Shown here in pieces: positions 1 through 15,100 of a stretch of DNA of 64,000 nt. The notes under the pieces are model-generated. The model saw only the letters and a list, made by a program, of their open reading frames with translations. It was not told the origin of the DNA and did not search any database. The stretch is from Minisyncoccia bacterium (GTDB lineage: Bacteria; Patescibacteriota; Minisyncoccia; Phycocordibacterales; PALSA-1337), in NCBI GenBank assembly GCA_049997795.1, contig JBEKVT010000001.1, positions 4,085 to 68,084 on the forward strand, given 5' to 3'. Made by a program: the position numbers and the translations under genes. The number at the start of each line of letters is the position of its first letter. Position 1 is the stretch's first letter.

Positions 1-1332
1 GCCGGCACCCCGCCTGCCGACCAGCTTCCAATCGATAATCTTGATCACTCCCGAGGAATTGCTTTTGAAGCCGTCAAAACTCGCGCCTTGCTTCACGACT
101 TCCACATCCGCCGCCGAAGTAAGCAGATATGAAGGGAGATCCTTCATGCAATTCTTGCCGCTTATGCTTACAGGGACGTAATCTACAGGCAAGCCGTATT
201 GCCACGAAACATCCGCTATAGTTTCTGTTTTTTCCGTAGTCAGGCGATAGTATTTGAAATCGCCCTCGTGCGCTATCTCCGGGAATCGGAGGTCCTGAAC
301 AGTGGCGATGACGGCATAGTCGTTCGGGCCGATCGTCAGGCCGCTGTAACGATCGCGATACTCCGTCGTAGAGTCGAACGGCGAGAGAAAAACGATGATG
401 ACAACGGCCGATACCGCCACCGCGGCGGCCGAAAGCCGTCTTGATCCCCGCCAGAGATAAGAGGTAAAGCCCAGAGCATAGACAGCCATCGTCAAGACGA
501 AGAACAATGATGTTTCTTTAAAGATGATTCCATAGTAAGGATGTCCCATAAAATATCCTTCGAGGCAGTAAAAGGCTAGAGAGAAACAGAAAGCCGTCGG
601 GATGGCGGCGAGCGCCCCAACGACGAGCTTCTTCATCTCTATCCTGCCGAGTTCGGCGGCGATGAGCCAGACGACGAAAGAGAGCAGGAATTCTTTTCCG
701 AACATGCCGCCGTCGACGACGTTCTTGAGGACTATGAACGAGCTCAAAAGATATATGAAGTCGAAGCCGAAGTCCCGGTTCCCTTCGCGTCGCCGGCTCT
801 CCTTGAGCCAGAAGAAGACGAGGCCGAGGCCGAGGAGGACGACGAGCGCGGCGCCGAGATAATATGGCCAGTGAGGCATGACGAGGTAGGTCGAGAAGCC
901 GTTGTCGTAGTTTTCCTTCGGCTCACCCTGGCCTATGAGTCCACCCAAGACCACCATCACCGGCTTGAATATGTGGCTGTGGTCGGGCTGATTGCCGGAG
1001 AAATTGACGTCGTGCCCCGTAAAAGTCTGCTGCCAGAAATCGAAGCCGTATTCGTGAAGGTAATACAGGTGGAGAGAGAAGCCGAAAAGCACCAGAAAGA
1101 TTATAAGACAGACGACCCAGCTCTTTCTGATCGGGAATGACGGGCGAACCTTCAGGGCTCGGAGCATGAAAGCGACGAAAAAGAAAATCAGCAAGGCATA
1201 TAGCTTCACGTCGGAAACGCCGACAGCCAAGAAATCCGTGATCGACTTCAAGGAATATTGGACGTAGGAAGAAAGGCTGACGAGGATTATGAGGATCGCC
1301 GGGATGATGGCCGCCAGCCAGTCTTTATTCAT
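1..1332 (-). CDS. Polytopic membrane protein of unknown function (partial, runs off the left edge)
   Basis: Hand translation from ATG at 1332 (MNKDWLAAIIPAILIILVS...) stays open to base 1. It has many hydrophobic segments followed by a soluble region. It is absent from the ORF track because no stop falls in the window. Confidence 0.7.
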   Translation of the reverse strand, partial: MNKDWLAAIIPAILIILVSLSSYVQYSLKSITDFLAVGVSDVKLYALLIFFFVAFMLRALKVRPSFPIRKSWVVCLIIFLVLFGFSLHLYYLHEYGFDFWQQTFTGHDVNFSGNQPDHSHIFKPVMVVLGGLIGQGEPKENYDNGFSTYLVMPHWPYYLGAALVVLLGLGLVFFWLKESRRREGNRDFGFDFIYLLSSFIVLKNVVDGGMFGKEFLLSFVVWLIAAELGRIEMKKLVVGALAAIPTAFCFSLAFYCLEGYFMGHPYYGIIFKETSLFFVLTMAVYALGFTSYLWRGSRRLSAAAVAVSAVVIIVFLSPFDSTTEYRDRYSGLTIGPNDYAVIATVQDLRFPEIAHEGDFKYYRLTTEKTETIADVSWQYGLPVDYVPVSISGKNCMKDLPSYLLTSAADVEVVKQGASFDGFKSNSSGVIKIIDWKLVGRRGAG

Positions 1333-1346
1333 TTTTCGCCAGAAGT

Positions 1347-1856
1347 TCACCACCATGTTTCTTTTATCTTCAGCTTATAGGAAATGATATTGACCAGAAG
1401 AACCAAGACCACGCTCATGGCCAGGACAGCGGCGATCATCGATATCGACGGCTGCAGCCAAAAATAAGTGAGGGCTATCGCTCCAAGTGGCGAATCGATC
1501 TGATCAAGGATCGGCAGAGGGCCATGTTCGCCGATCTTGAGCCTCCTTTTCAGGAAGCTCTCGACAGCGTCGCCCAGGACGCTGCCAGCGCCCATGAACA
1601 GCCCGACAAGATACGGGCGCCCCTGCAGGAAGACGACGATCAGAGCCGTCAATATGCCGATCAATAAGCCCCCGATCTTCTTGTGGGGCCCTATGAGCGG
1701 AGTCTTGTCCATGCCGACGGTCAGATGGAAATCGAGAGGGACGCCGTATATGCCTCCGCAATCCTTGCATACCACCCTGTCGAAGAAGACCACGGCCATG
1801 TTGGCGCAGTATGCCGGAAGGATGAAGTAAAAAGCCGATAGGAAGAGGCCGCTCAT
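1347..1856 (-). CDS. carS: CDP-archaeol synthase-like protein (CarS/DUF46 family cytidylyltransferase)
   Basis: Motifs PAYxANM, PLD, GxxK, GDxxxSFLKRR and PILDQID in a 169-aa hydrophobic protein. Confidence 0.75.
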   Translation of the reverse strand: MSGLFLSAFYFILPAYCANMAVVFFDRVVCKDCGGIYGVPLDFHLTVGMDKTPLIGPHKKIGGLLIGILTALIVVFLQGRPYLVGLFMGAGSVLGDAVESFLKRRLKIGEHGPLPILDQIDSPLGAIALTYFWLQPSISMIAAVLAMSVVLVLLVNIISYKLKIKETWW

Positions 1857-1940
1857 CGCCGGATTATATCACGGCAGACGCATCCAAGCGGCCGCTCGCG
1901 TCGTGTGGCTAAGCGGCCTGGAGTATATTAGAATGTCCCC

Positions 1941-3254
1941 ATGCCAGATAAGCCGAAAAAATTCTCTACTGATCCGTACAAGGGCGTCAGGGACTTCTTC
2001 CCGGAAGACATGGCCGCGGAGAAGGAGATTTTCGGCATCTGGCGCGGCGTTTGCGAGAAATACGGCTATGAAGAATATAACGCGTCTGTCTTGGAGCCGG
2101 CCGATCTGTATAGAGCCAAATCGGGCGAAGAGCTCGTGAACGAGCAGACCTACACCTTCATCGACAGAGGCGAGCGCGAGGTGACTCTCCGGCCCGAGAT
2201 GACGCCGACCGTCGCCCGCATGGTCGCCTCGAAGAAGCGCGAGCTCGTCTTCCCTCTCCGCTGGTATTCCATACCTAATCTTTTCCGGTATGAACAGCCC
2301 CAGCGCGGCCGGTTGCGCGAGCATTGGCAGCTGAACGTCGATCTTTTCGGCGTCGAGTCCATGAATGCGGAGATAGAGGTCATCAATATGGCCTACGACA
2401 TCACCCGTGCTTACGGCTTGAAAGACACCGACTTCGAGATCCGCCTGAACGATCGCAAGGTAATGAATTACGTGACGCGCGAGGTCTTCGGCCTGGGCGA
2501 GGAGGCGGCGTCGAAGATCGCCAGGCTCGTGGATAAGAAAGACAGGTTGAAGCAAGGAGCTTTCGAGGCGGCCGTCGTGGAGATCTTCATGGCCGACCCG
2601 AAGCTCCAGGGCAAGGACGAGGAGTTCCTGACGCTCTTAAATTCGAAGAATTTCGAGGAGTTCGCCTCGCGCTTGCCGCAAACCAAGGAAGAGCATGTCG
2701 GCATGAAGGAGATACGCGAAGTCGTGAAGGGCCTGGAGAGGCTCGGGGTGACGAACGTTCGCTTCGACCAGACCTTGATGCGCGGCTTCGACTATTATAC
2801 CGGCATCGTCTTCGAGGTCTACGACCTGAATCCAGCCAATCGCCGTTCGGTCTTCGGCGGCGGCCGGTACGACGACCTTCTGGCTCTCTTCGGCAACGAC
2901 AAGGTGCCGGCCGTCGGCTTCGGCGCTGGCGACGTCATCGCCCGCGACCTCATGGAGACATACGGGAGATCGGTGAAAAAGAAAGCTCCGGCGGATATCG
3001 CCATCGCTGTGGTCGGCGAGCAGAACGTACCCTATGCTATGGATCTGGCTCAATCACTGCGAGAAAGAGGCATCTGCGCCGCCGTCGATCTTTCCGGCAA
3101 GAAGGTCGGCGACCAGATCGCGAACGCCGCGAGGCGCGGCATCCCCAGGGCGGTTTGCGTCGGAGACGAGGAGGTCAAGACCGGCAAGCTCCGCGTGAAG
3201 ACTTTGGCGACCGGAGAGGAGGCCGTTACGACGGAAGCGGAGATAAAACCGTAA
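1941..3254 (+). CDS. hisS: Histidine--tRNA ligase
   Basis: KGVRDF, LRPEMT, RYEQPQRGRLRE, RGFDYYTG and GGGRYD motifs; C-terminal anticodon-binding domain. Confidence 0.97.
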   Translation: MPDKPKKFSTDPYKGVRDFFPEDMAAEKEIFGIWRGVCEKYGYEEYNASVLEPADLYRAKSGEELVNEQTYTFIDRGEREVTLRPEMTPTVARMVASKKRELVFPLRWYSIPNLFRYEQPQRGRLREHWQLNVDLFGVESMNAEIEVINMAYDITRAYGLKDTDFEIRLNDRKVMNYVTREVFGLGEEAASKIARLVDKKDRLKQGAFEAAVVEIFMADPKLQGKDEEFLTLLNSKNFEEFASRLPQTKEEHVGMKEIREVVKGLERLGVTNVRFDQTLMRGFDYYTGIVFEVYDLNPANRRSVFGGGRYDDLLALFGNDKVPAVGFGAGDVIARDLMETYGRSVKKKAPADIAIAVVGEQNVPYAMDLAQSLRERGICAAVDLSGKKVGDQIANAARRGIPRAVCVGDEEVKTGKLRVKTLATGEEAVTTEAEIKP

Positions 3255-3260
3255 TATCCC

Positions 3261-3836
3261 ATGCGCCGCATCACTTTCGACCTGGAGACGAAGAACATGT
3301 TCGACGACGTCGGTTCGAACGACCCGGCGATGCTCGATATCTCCGTCGTCTGCATCCACGACTCGGCGGACGACAAGTACAAGAGCTTCCTGGAGAACGA
3401 CCTGCGCGACCTCTGGCCTATCCTCGAGCAGGCGGATGTCCTGGTGACCTGGAACGGCGACCATTTCGACATCCCGCTCCTGAACAAATATTATCCGGGC
3501 GATCTCGCCAAGATGAAGAGCGTGGACCTGATGAAGGCGGTGCAGGACGTCCTCGGGCGGCGCCTGAAGCTCGACACGGTGGCCGCGGCCACTCTCGGAG
3601 TCGGCAAGAGCGGCAACGGCCTCGACGCCATCGAATGGTGGAAGAACGGCGAGGTGGACAAGGTCATCAAGTATTGCATCGAAGACGTGCGCATCACCAA
3701 GGAGCTGTATGAATACGCTTTGGACAAGGGGCACTTGAAATACCGCGATGGTGGTGAGATCCGCGAGGTCAAGCTCGACACCTCGCGCTGGGAGACGCCG
3801 GCCGGCAGCGCCCTGACTTTCACTCTGCCTTTCTAG
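3261..3836 (+). CDS. RNase H-like 3'-5' exonuclease domain protein (YprB/RNase_H_2-like)
   Basis: DEDD-type motifs FDLET, WNGDHFDIP and YCIEDV. Confidence 0.8.
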   Translation: MRRITFDLETKNMFDDVGSNDPAMLDISVVCIHDSADDKYKSFLENDLRDLWPILEQADVLVTWNGDHFDIPLLNKYYPGDLAKMKSVDLMKAVQDVLGRRLKLDTVAAATLGVGKSGNGLDAIEWWKNGEVDKVIKYCIEDVRITKELYEYALDKGHLKYRDGGEIREVKLDTSRWETPAGSALTFTLPF

Positions 3837-3839
3837 AAC

Positions 3840-4628
3840 ATGACCAACCACGCCGATCAGAGGCCAGCTTCGTCATTCATGACCTTGCCGGGGGCGATCA
3901 TCGTCGCCGGGGCTCTTGTCGCCATGGCTCTGATCTGGATAAGCAGGCCGGCCGCCGCGCCGGCATCCGTCCGGGGGAGCGGCGCCCCGTCAGCCGCTTC
4001 TTCCATGGCTCCAATCACAGCCGCGGATCATATCCTCGGCAATCCGAACGCCTCCATAAAACTGGTCGAGTATTCCGACCCGTCGTGCCCTTACTGCAAG
4101 ACGTTCAATCCGACCATGGAAGCGATCATGGCCGGATACGGGCCGGGCGGCAGGGTCGCCTGGGTCTACAGGCAGTTCCCGCTCGACAGGCCGGACGAGA
4201 ACGGCGACATCCTCCATCCCAATTCCGGCAAGGAAGCGGCGGCTTTCGAATGCGCCGGAGCCTTGGGCGGCACCACCGTCTTCTTCGCCTACGAGAAGCG
4301 CTGGTTCGATGTCTTCCCTTCCGACGGCGCCAGCCGTAGCGCAAGCGACGACGAAGCCCAGATCGCCCAAACAGCCAAGGACGTCGGCCTGGACCCTGTC
4401 TCTTTCAATGAATGTCTTTCGAGCGGCCGTTTCAACGATAAATTGGACAAGAGCTATGCCGACGGCCTGAATGCCGGCATCACCGGCACGCCTTACACGG
4501 TGATCATCACCCCCTCCGGGACAGACATCCCGCTTTCCGGCGCCATCTCATACACCACGCTCAAAACGGCGATCGACACTCTGATCTCGTCGATCCCCGC
4601 TTCGTCGGCCACCACCACGGCGCAGTAA
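3840..4628 (+). CDS. Membrane-anchored DsbA/BdbD-family thiol-disulfide oxidoreductase
   Basis: N-terminal TM, then LGNPNA, EYSDPSCPYC (CxxC) and GITGTP (cis-Pro loop). Confidence 0.9.
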   Translation: MTNHADQRPASSFMTLPGAIIVAGALVAMALIWISRPAAAPASVRGSGAPSAASSMAPITAADHILGNPNASIKLVEYSDPSCPYCKTFNPTMEAIMAGYGPGGRVAWVYRQFPLDRPDENGDILHPNSGKEAAAFECAGALGGTTVFFAYEKRWFDVFPSDGASRSASDDEAQIAQTAKDVGLDPVSFNECLSSGRFNDKLDKSYADGLNAGITGTPYTVIITPSGTDIPLSGAISYTTLKTAIDTLISSIPASSATTTAQ

Positions 4629-4751
4629 AAACGATCCGATGATCCTCCGGCCCGTTCGCACGGATCCAGTATTGACATATGCGCACGGATGCGTAATGTT
4701 TCAATCGAAAGTACGTAGTTCATCCCATCAACCCATAGTCAGGAGATACAC

Positions 4752-5228
4752 ATGAGCCTAGTCTTATCGATCGGCTTGAGCATGGCGGCTTTTATGGTGA
4801 TCTTCGCCTCAGCGGCCGTGATCTGGCTGTACTATCCGCCGAATTTGGAGTACAGAGCAGCGAGAGAGCCCATCCTGCTCTGCGCTTTCATGGCGATCAG
4901 CCTGGCGGTATTCTATGTCTTGCATTCTTCGCCCCGCGGCTGGACATTCTGGTCAGCGATCGGCCTGGCGCTTTTCTTGTCCGGAGTCATGTCGAACAAC
5001 ATGGCCAGGATCGCTTACCGCCACGAGTTCGGCATCTGCGCCGCGCTTGGAGTGGGCATAGCGTTCGTGACCACCTCTCTCGTCGGAGCAAGGACACCGT
5101 CCGGCATCCTCTGCGTTTGCGTCGGTGCTGCCCTGTTGTACATGGCGCTGCTCGTCAAGTACAGCAAGAAGTGGTTTTCTTCCGATAAGCCGCCGGCTAT
5201 TGCGCCGGCGCCGGAACACCGGGCTTAA
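4752..5228 (+). CDS. Hypothetical membrane protein
   Basis: 158 aa with about 5 hydrophobic segments; AGGAG upstream of the ATG, TTGACA-like promoter upstream and a terminator downstream. Confidence 0.7.
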   Translation: MSLVLSIGLSMAAFMVIFASAAVIWLYYPPNLEYRAAREPILLCAFMAISLAVFYVLHSSPRGWTFWSAIGLALFLSGVMSNNMARIAYRHEFGICAALGVGIAFVTTSLVGARTPSGILCVCVGAALLYMALLVKYSKKWFSSDKPPAIAPAPEHRA

Positions 5229-5252
5229 GACCGAATTTCGACCGAACGTCGC

Positions 5253-5276
5253 ACGCTCCCTCCCGGGAGCGTTTTT
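5253..5276 (+). terminator. Intrinsic terminator
   Basis: ACGCTCCC-TCCC-GGGAGCGT hairpin followed by a T run. Confidence 0.7.
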
Positions 5277-5313
5277 ATATGAGATGACAGTGCAGACTGT
5301 CTAAGGGCTCGGC

Positions 5314-6543
5314 TCAATAATTCTTCAGCCTGTTCGCCTGCTCGTGCTGGCGGATCTTCTCGTGGGCCTTGGCTTCGATCTGGCGGATGCGCTCGCGGGT
5401 CACGCCGAATTCGCGGCCGACTTCCTCAAGGGTGTGGGTGATGCCGTCGAGGAGGCCATGGCGCATTTCCAGGATCCGGCGCTCTTTCTCCGACAGATCG
5501 CCTAGGATCATGTTGACTTGGTCGCGTAAGATGCGGCGGGACGATTCCTGGTCGGGCGAGAGGATCTTGTCATCGGGCACGAAGTCTTGCAGGGTCGACT
5601 TCGAGTCCTCGGAGTCGTCGCCAACGGGGCTCTCGAGCGAGACGACGTCTTGCTCGATCTTCTCGATCTGGTAGATCTTCTCCACGTCCATGCCCATCTC
5701 CGTGGCAATCTCTTCCGGCAGGGGCTCGCGGCCGAGGTCTTGCATCAGGCGGCGGACGACTTGCTTGTATTTGGCGATGGTCTCGACCATGTGGACAGGC
5801 ACCCGGATGGTCCGCGACTGGTCGGCCAGAGCCCTGGTGATGGCTTGCCTTATCCACCAGGTAGCGTAGGTCGAGAACTTATAGCCCTTGGTCCAGTCGA
5901 ACTTGTCGACGGCCCGGAAGAGCCCGAGGTTGCCTTCCTGGATGAGGTCGAGGAGGGTCAAGTCCGGCGAGCGGCCGACGTATTTCTTGGCTATCGAGAC
6001 AACCAGGCGGAGATTGGCTTTGGCCAGGAGGTTCTTGGCTTCGATGTCCTCGTTCTGGATGCGCCTGGCAAGATTCTTCTCTTCCGCGGCGTTAATCAAA
6101 GGATATTGGCCGATCTCTTTCAGATACATCTGGATGGAGTCGTAGGCCGAATCGGAGCCGGTCCGCGAGAGATGCGGCGGCTGTTTCTTCTCTTTCTCCT
6201 TGAGCTCCTCGATCTCGAGGAGGCCGCCGCCCTCGAGGACGTCGACGTTGGCGCCGGAGAGCCGGCTGTAGAGGTCATCCAGGAAGCTGATGTCGTTCTC
6301 GATCTGAGGAAATTCTTTGAGGATCTCATCGTAGGTCACGAAGCCGCGGTTTCTGCCCTTCTGGATGAGGGCGGCGGCCTTGGCTTCGAAATCCTTGCCG
6401 CCGGGATGGGCCTTGACGGCCGAACGTCCGGCTTTCGGCTTCGGCACGGCCCGGCGGACCGGCCTTTTCTTAACGGCTTTGGGGCGCCGCGCGGGACGGC
6501 GGGAGTGCTTGGCCGGACGGGCCTTTTGTCTGCGTTTGCTCAT
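5314..6543 (-). CDS. rpoD: Primary sigma-70 factor
   Basis: Region 1.1 (GFVTYDEI), 1.2 (YLKEIG), 2 ([32 protein letters not shown]) and 4 ([15 protein letters not shown]). Confidence 0.97.
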   Translation of the reverse strand: MSKRRQKARPAKHSRRPARRPKAVKKRPVRRAVPKPKAGRSAVKAHPGGKDFEAKAAALIQKGRNRGFVTYDEILKEFPQIENDISFLDDLYSRLSGANVDVLEGGGLLEIEELKEKEKKQPPHLSRTGSDSAYDSIQMYLKEIGQYPLINAAEEKNLARRIQNEDIEAKNLLAKANLRLVVSIAKKYVGRSPDLTLLDLIQEGNLGLFRAVDKFDWTKGYKFSTYATWWIRQAITRALADQSRTIRVPVHMVETIAKYKQVVRRLMQDLGREPLPEEIATEMGMDVEKIYQIEKIEQDVVSLESPVGDDSEDSKSTLQDFVPDDKILSPDQESSRRILRDQVNMILGDLSEKERRILEMRHGLLDGITHTLEEVGREFGVTRERIRQIEAKAHEKIRQHEQANRLKNY

Positions 6544-6577
6544 GGGGTTATAAGGTCAAAGCGATGATGATTTTACT

Positions 6578-8335
6578 CTATTTCTTCCGTTTCCGCACTT
6601 CGGCCTTCCTTATCGAAAGGTCTTGGCACTTCCGGGCAAGCTCGGCCACGCGCTCCTGGTCGCCTGCACGCTCGGCTGCCCGCAATTCGTTCATGGCCTG
6701 GATGAGCCCGCCGTTCAGGAGGTCCTCTTCGAAATTGGCGATGAGCTCGTCCATGTGGATGTCCCAGCGCTCCGGCTCGGCGCCGTAGAAGGCCTCGGCC
6801 TCGAAAGAAAAATCCGGAAGGAGCGGCTTGATCCGCTCGAGCCTCGCGGCGTAGGAATCGCCGGCGGCCTTCATGATCCTGTCCCTGTAGGCGGCCGCGG
6901 CAGCCGCTTGGGCTTTTTCCATGAGGTCGAGGAGGCCGAACATCCGGCGCTCGACGAGGTCGATGCGGGATATCGGTTCATTGTCAGATCCAACCTCCGG
7001 TTCATTTTTTGCCGTGTCCTTCGACTCTAACGATCTCTTTAATTTATTCAGTTCATCCCATATAAGGACCTCATTGGTGATTTTGAACTCTTCACGGACA
7101 ATCCGTACAAAACGTTGTTTGTCTGTGTCTTTTTCAAGATAAACGATCAATGGGTAAACGCGTTCTCTAACGGCCTTTAGTCTCTTACGTTCATCGGAGA
7201 ATTCTCTTAATATATTGTTTATTTCGAACTCGATCACTTGCTTGGCGGCGCGCAGGACCTTCTTCCAGTCCTCCGGGTCGTGGAAGACCAGATCGGCCGG
7301 GTCTTTGCCGCCCTGGATGTCGGCGATCTTCACGTCCATGCCGAGGGAAAGGGCTATGCCGGCCGCTCTCATGGCGGCTTTCCGGCCGGCCGCATCGGAA
7401 TCGAAAGCGATGATGACGTTGCCAGACAAGCGCCGCAAGAGGCCGAGGTTATTCACGGCCCCTTCTTTATTGGATTCGGCATCGGAGAGAGCGGTCCCTG
7501 AGGCGGCCACGGCATTCTTGACTCCCGCCTGGTGCGACATGATGAGGTCCATCTGGCCTTCGACCAGGATGGAATAATCGAGCCGGCGGATGAAGCTCTT
7601 GGCTTTGTCGAGGCCGTAAAGGACGGATGATTTGTCGAACAAGGGAGTGTCTGGGCTATTCAGATATTTGCCGGTATTGCCGTCGTCGAGCTGCGGCAGG
7701 ATACGCCCGGAAAAGGCGATGACCCGGCCGCTTGAATCATTCAAGGGGAACATCACCCGGCCGCGGAAGCGGTCGTAATAGTTGCCCGTGCCGTCTTCCG
7801 CCTTCTTGGCCAGGCCGGCCTTCTCGATGAGCTCGTTCGGCCAATCCTTGCCTCTCAAATAGGCATAGAGGTTCCGCCAACCCTCTGGCGCGAAGCCGAT
7901 TCTGAACTCGGCGCTCGTCTTTTCGGAGACGCCGCGCTTTTTGACGTACGCCGCGGCTTCTTTCGAGCCGACGAATTGTTCTTCGAAATACTTCGCCGCT
8001 TCCTCCGTTATCTGGAAAAGTTTGTCTTTCTCGCTGTCGGCCTTCTGGTCGAAGACGAGCGGCACGCCGGCCCGCTCGGCCAGGATTTTGAGAGCGCCTT
8101 TGAAGTCCAGGCCCTCGAACTGTTCCACGAAAGAGAAGATGTCGCCTTTGGCCCCGCAGCCGAAGCAGTAGTAGCCACCGCGCTCCGGCGAGACGAAAAA
8201 CGACGGCGTCTTCTCGTTGTGGAACGGGCATCTGGCTTTCAAGGATTTGCCGGCCCTCTCGAGCTTCATGTACGAGCCGATGACCTCCTCGATCGGCAGG
8301 CGGGCTTTGATCTCCTCGACGGTGGTGCGGTTCAT
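6578..8335 (-). CDS. dnaG: DNA primase
   Basis: CPFHNEKTPSF...CFGC zinc finger, DRFRGRVMFP, KYLNSP and TOPRIM EG/DxD. Start placed at ATG 8335, 7 nt after TATAAT; the track start is 8344. Confidence 0.96.
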   Translation of the reverse strand: MNRTTVEEIKARLPIEEVIGSYMKLERAGKSLKARCPFHNEKTPSFFVSPERGGYYCFGCGAKGDIFSFVEQFEGLDFKGALKILAERAGVPLVFDQKADSEKDKLFQITEEAAKYFEEQFVGSKEAAAYVKKRGVSEKTSAEFRIGFAPEGWRNLYAYLRGKDWPNELIEKAGLAKKAEDGTGNYYDRFRGRVMFPLNDSSGRVIAFSGRILPQLDDGNTGKYLNSPDTPLFDKSSVLYGLDKAKSFIRRLDYSILVEGQMDLIMSHQAGVKNAVAASGTALSDAESNKEGAVNNLGLLRRLSGNVIIAFDSDAAGRKAAMRAAGIALSLGMDVKIADIQGGKDPADLVFHDPEDWKKVLRAAKQVIEFEINNILREFSDERKRLKAVRERVYPLIVYLEKDTDKQRFVRIVREEFKITNEVLIWDELNKLKRSLESKDTAKNEPEVGSDNEPISRIDLVERRMFGLLDLMEKAQAAAAAAYRDRIMKAAGDSYAARLERIKPLLPDFSFEAEAFYGAEPERWDIHMDELIANFEEDLLNGGLIQAMNELRAAERAGDQERVAELARKCQDLSIRKAEVRKRKK

Positions 8336-8387
8336 GCTCCGCATTATAGCTCAAAAATCATTCGGTCCTTATTTCTTTTCCGGCGCT

Positions 8388-12083
<3,696 letters not shown>

Positions 12084-12103
12084 ATAGTTGGTATTCAAAA
12101 GGC

Positions 12104-15100
12104 TTATTCCTCTAGAGCCGCCCGCCTGGGTTTGTTGACGAGCTCGACGTTCAGGGCCAGGCCGCGCAAAGTCTTCAAAAGGACGTTGAACGAGGCCGGC
12201 AGATTCGGCTCCCGCAGGGGCTCGCCCTTGACGATGGCGTCGAAAGTCTGGGAGCGGCCGATGATGTCGTCCGATTTGACCGTCAGGATCTCGCGGAGAG
12301 TATGGGCGGCCCCGTGACCGAGAAGCGCCCAGACCTCCATTTCGCCGAAGCGCTGGCCGCCGCCTTGAGCCTTGCCTCCCAGAGGCTGCTGGGTGATGAG
12401 CGAATAGGGCCCTATCGAGCGCATGTGGATCTTGTCTTCCACCATATGGTGCAGCTTCAATATGTACATGTAGCCGACGGCAACGGCCTGGTTGAAATGC
12501 TCGCCGGTCCGGCCGTCGCGCAATTTCATCTTGCCAGAAGGGTCGAAGCCGGCCTTTTTGAGCTCTTCCTTGATCTCGGCGTCGGTCGCTCCGGCGAAGG
12601 GCGGCACGATGGCCTGATAGCCGAGGGAGTTGGCGGCAAGCCCGAGGTGCAATTCGAGGATCTGGCCCAGGTTCATGCGGGACGGGACACCTAAGGGAGT
12701 CAGGATGACGTCGATCGGCGTGCCGTCTTCCATGTACGGCATATCCTCTTCCGGCATGATCTTGGAGATGACGCCCTTGTTGCCGTGGCGGCCGGCCAGC
12801 TTGTCGCCGACCGAGACGTTCCTGACCTCGGCCACTTCTATGTAGATCTTCTTGATGATGCCGGATTCCAGCTTGTCGCCGCGCTCGCGCGAGAAGGTCT
12901 TGACGGAGATGACCCGGCCGCGCTTGCCGTTCTCCATCCGCTTCGAGGTGTCCTTCACGTCGCGGGCCTTCTCGCCGAAGATCGACCTCAAGAGGCGCTC
13001 TTCGGGAGTGAGCTGGGTCTCGCCTTTGGGGCTGATCTTCCCGACCAGGATGTCGCCCGGCCGGACTTCTGCCCCGATCCTGACGATGCCTTCCTCGGTC
13101 AAGTTCTTGAGCCGGGCTTCGCCGACGTTGGGGATGTCGTAGGTCGTGACTTCGGGCCCCAACTTGGTGTCGCGGACATTCACCACGAACTCTTCGATGT
13201 GGATCGAGCTCCACTTGGAATTTTTGACGACGCGCTCGGATAGGATGATGGCGTCTTCGTAGTTGTTGCCGGCCCAGGACATGAAGGCGACCAGAGCGTT
13301 GTGGCCCAGAGCGATCTGGCCGCGGTCTGAGGTCGAGGTATCGGCCAGGACGTCTCCTTTCTTGACCTTATCGCCGGGAGAGACGATGGGGCGCTGGTGG
13401 AAAGCCGTGAAGCCGTTGGTGCGCTGGAAGAGGACCAGGGGATATTCCCGCTTCTTGCCGCTCTTCTTGCCGGAAAAGACGATCTTCCTGGCGTCGACGT
13501 GGGTGATCTCGCCGTCTTCCGAAGCGACGACGACGCGGCCGGTGTCGAGCACGGCCTTCTCTTCGATGCCCGTGGCGACGAGCGGCGCCTCGGGCACGAG
13601 GCAAGGCGTGGCCTGTTTCTGCATGTTCGAGCCCATCAGGGCCCGGTTGGCGTCGTCATGATTCAGGAACGGGATGAGCGAGGTGGCGATGGAGAAGGCT
13701 TGATTGGTGGAGACGTCGATGTAATCGACTTCTTTCCTGTCGGCCATGGCCGGCTTGCCGTTCTGGCGCACTTCCACGTCCTCGACCGAGATGGCGCCGG
13801 AGGAGTCGCGCGGCGTGGCGGCGTGGGCGATCCTGTAATTCTCCTCCTCGAGAGCGTTCATGTAGACGATCTCCTTGGTGATCGCGCCGTCCTTGACTTT
13901 GGCATACGGCGTCTCGATCATGCCGAAATCATTGATGCGGGCGTAGGTGGTGAGCCGGAGGACCAGGCCGATGTTCGGCCCTTCAGGCGTGTGGATCGGA
14001 CAGAGACGGCCGTAGTGGGACGGATGGACGTCGCGCACTTCGAAGCCGGCCCGCTCGCGGGACAAGCCGCCGGGGCCGAGGGCCGTCAGGGTGCGCAGAT
14101 GCTCGAGCTCGGCCAGGACGTTCTCCTGGGCCATGAATTGCGAGAGCTGGTTGGTGGTGAAGAACTCCTTGATGCGAGCCTGGAGGGGGCGCGGATATAT
14201 GAAAGAGACCGGCAAGGTCACGTCCGGCTCGATGGTGGACATCTTATCCTGGATGTTCCTCTTCATCTGCGACAAGCCCAGGCGGACGCGTTGCTCCAGG
14301 AGTTCGCCGACATAGCGGACGCGGCGCGAGCCCAGGTGGTCGATGTCGTCGCCTTGCATGTCCGGCGTGGTGTTCAGGGTGATGATGTGAGCGACGGCCA
14401 CGGCCACGTCGTCGAGGGAGAGCGTCCTCTTCTCCAGGGATTTCTCGTCCATGGGTTTGCCGAAGCGCTTGTTGAAGCGGAAACGACCAACCCTGGAGAG
14501 GTCGTAGCGGTCTTCTCTCAAGAGAGCCTGGATGAAGGAGCGGGCGTTATCGGCGGTAGCCAGATCGCCGTCGCGCAGGCGCTTGTGGATCTCGATGTAG
14601 GCCTCGTCCGGGGTCTTGGCATGGTCCTTGGCCAGAGTCAGCTCGATCGCCTTCGAAGCAGAGGGATTGGACTTGAACTGGTCGAGGATCTTCTGGTCGG
14701 TGTCGGCTCCGAGGATCCGAAGGAGCGAGGTCACTGGGAATTTGCGCTTGCGGTCGATGCGGCAGTATATGGTCTGGTCGGCGTCCGTCTCGATCTCCAT
14801 CCAGACGCCTCGGGCCGGGATGATCTTGGCCCCGAAATAATTCTTGCCCTTGACCTCGGAGGCCGTGAAGAAGATGCCGAAAGAACGGGCCAATTGGGGA
14901 GAGATGACGCGTTCCACGCCGTTTATGACGAAGGTGCCGTGGTCGGTCATGAGCGGCAAGTCGGCCAGGAACATCTCCTGCTCCTTGACGACGCCGAGCG
15001 CCTTATTCTTCAAGACAACTTTGATCTTGATCTGGCCCTCGTAGTTCTGTTTGTTCTCCTTGGCGCGATGCTCGTCGTATTGGGGCCGGATGAGCTCGAG

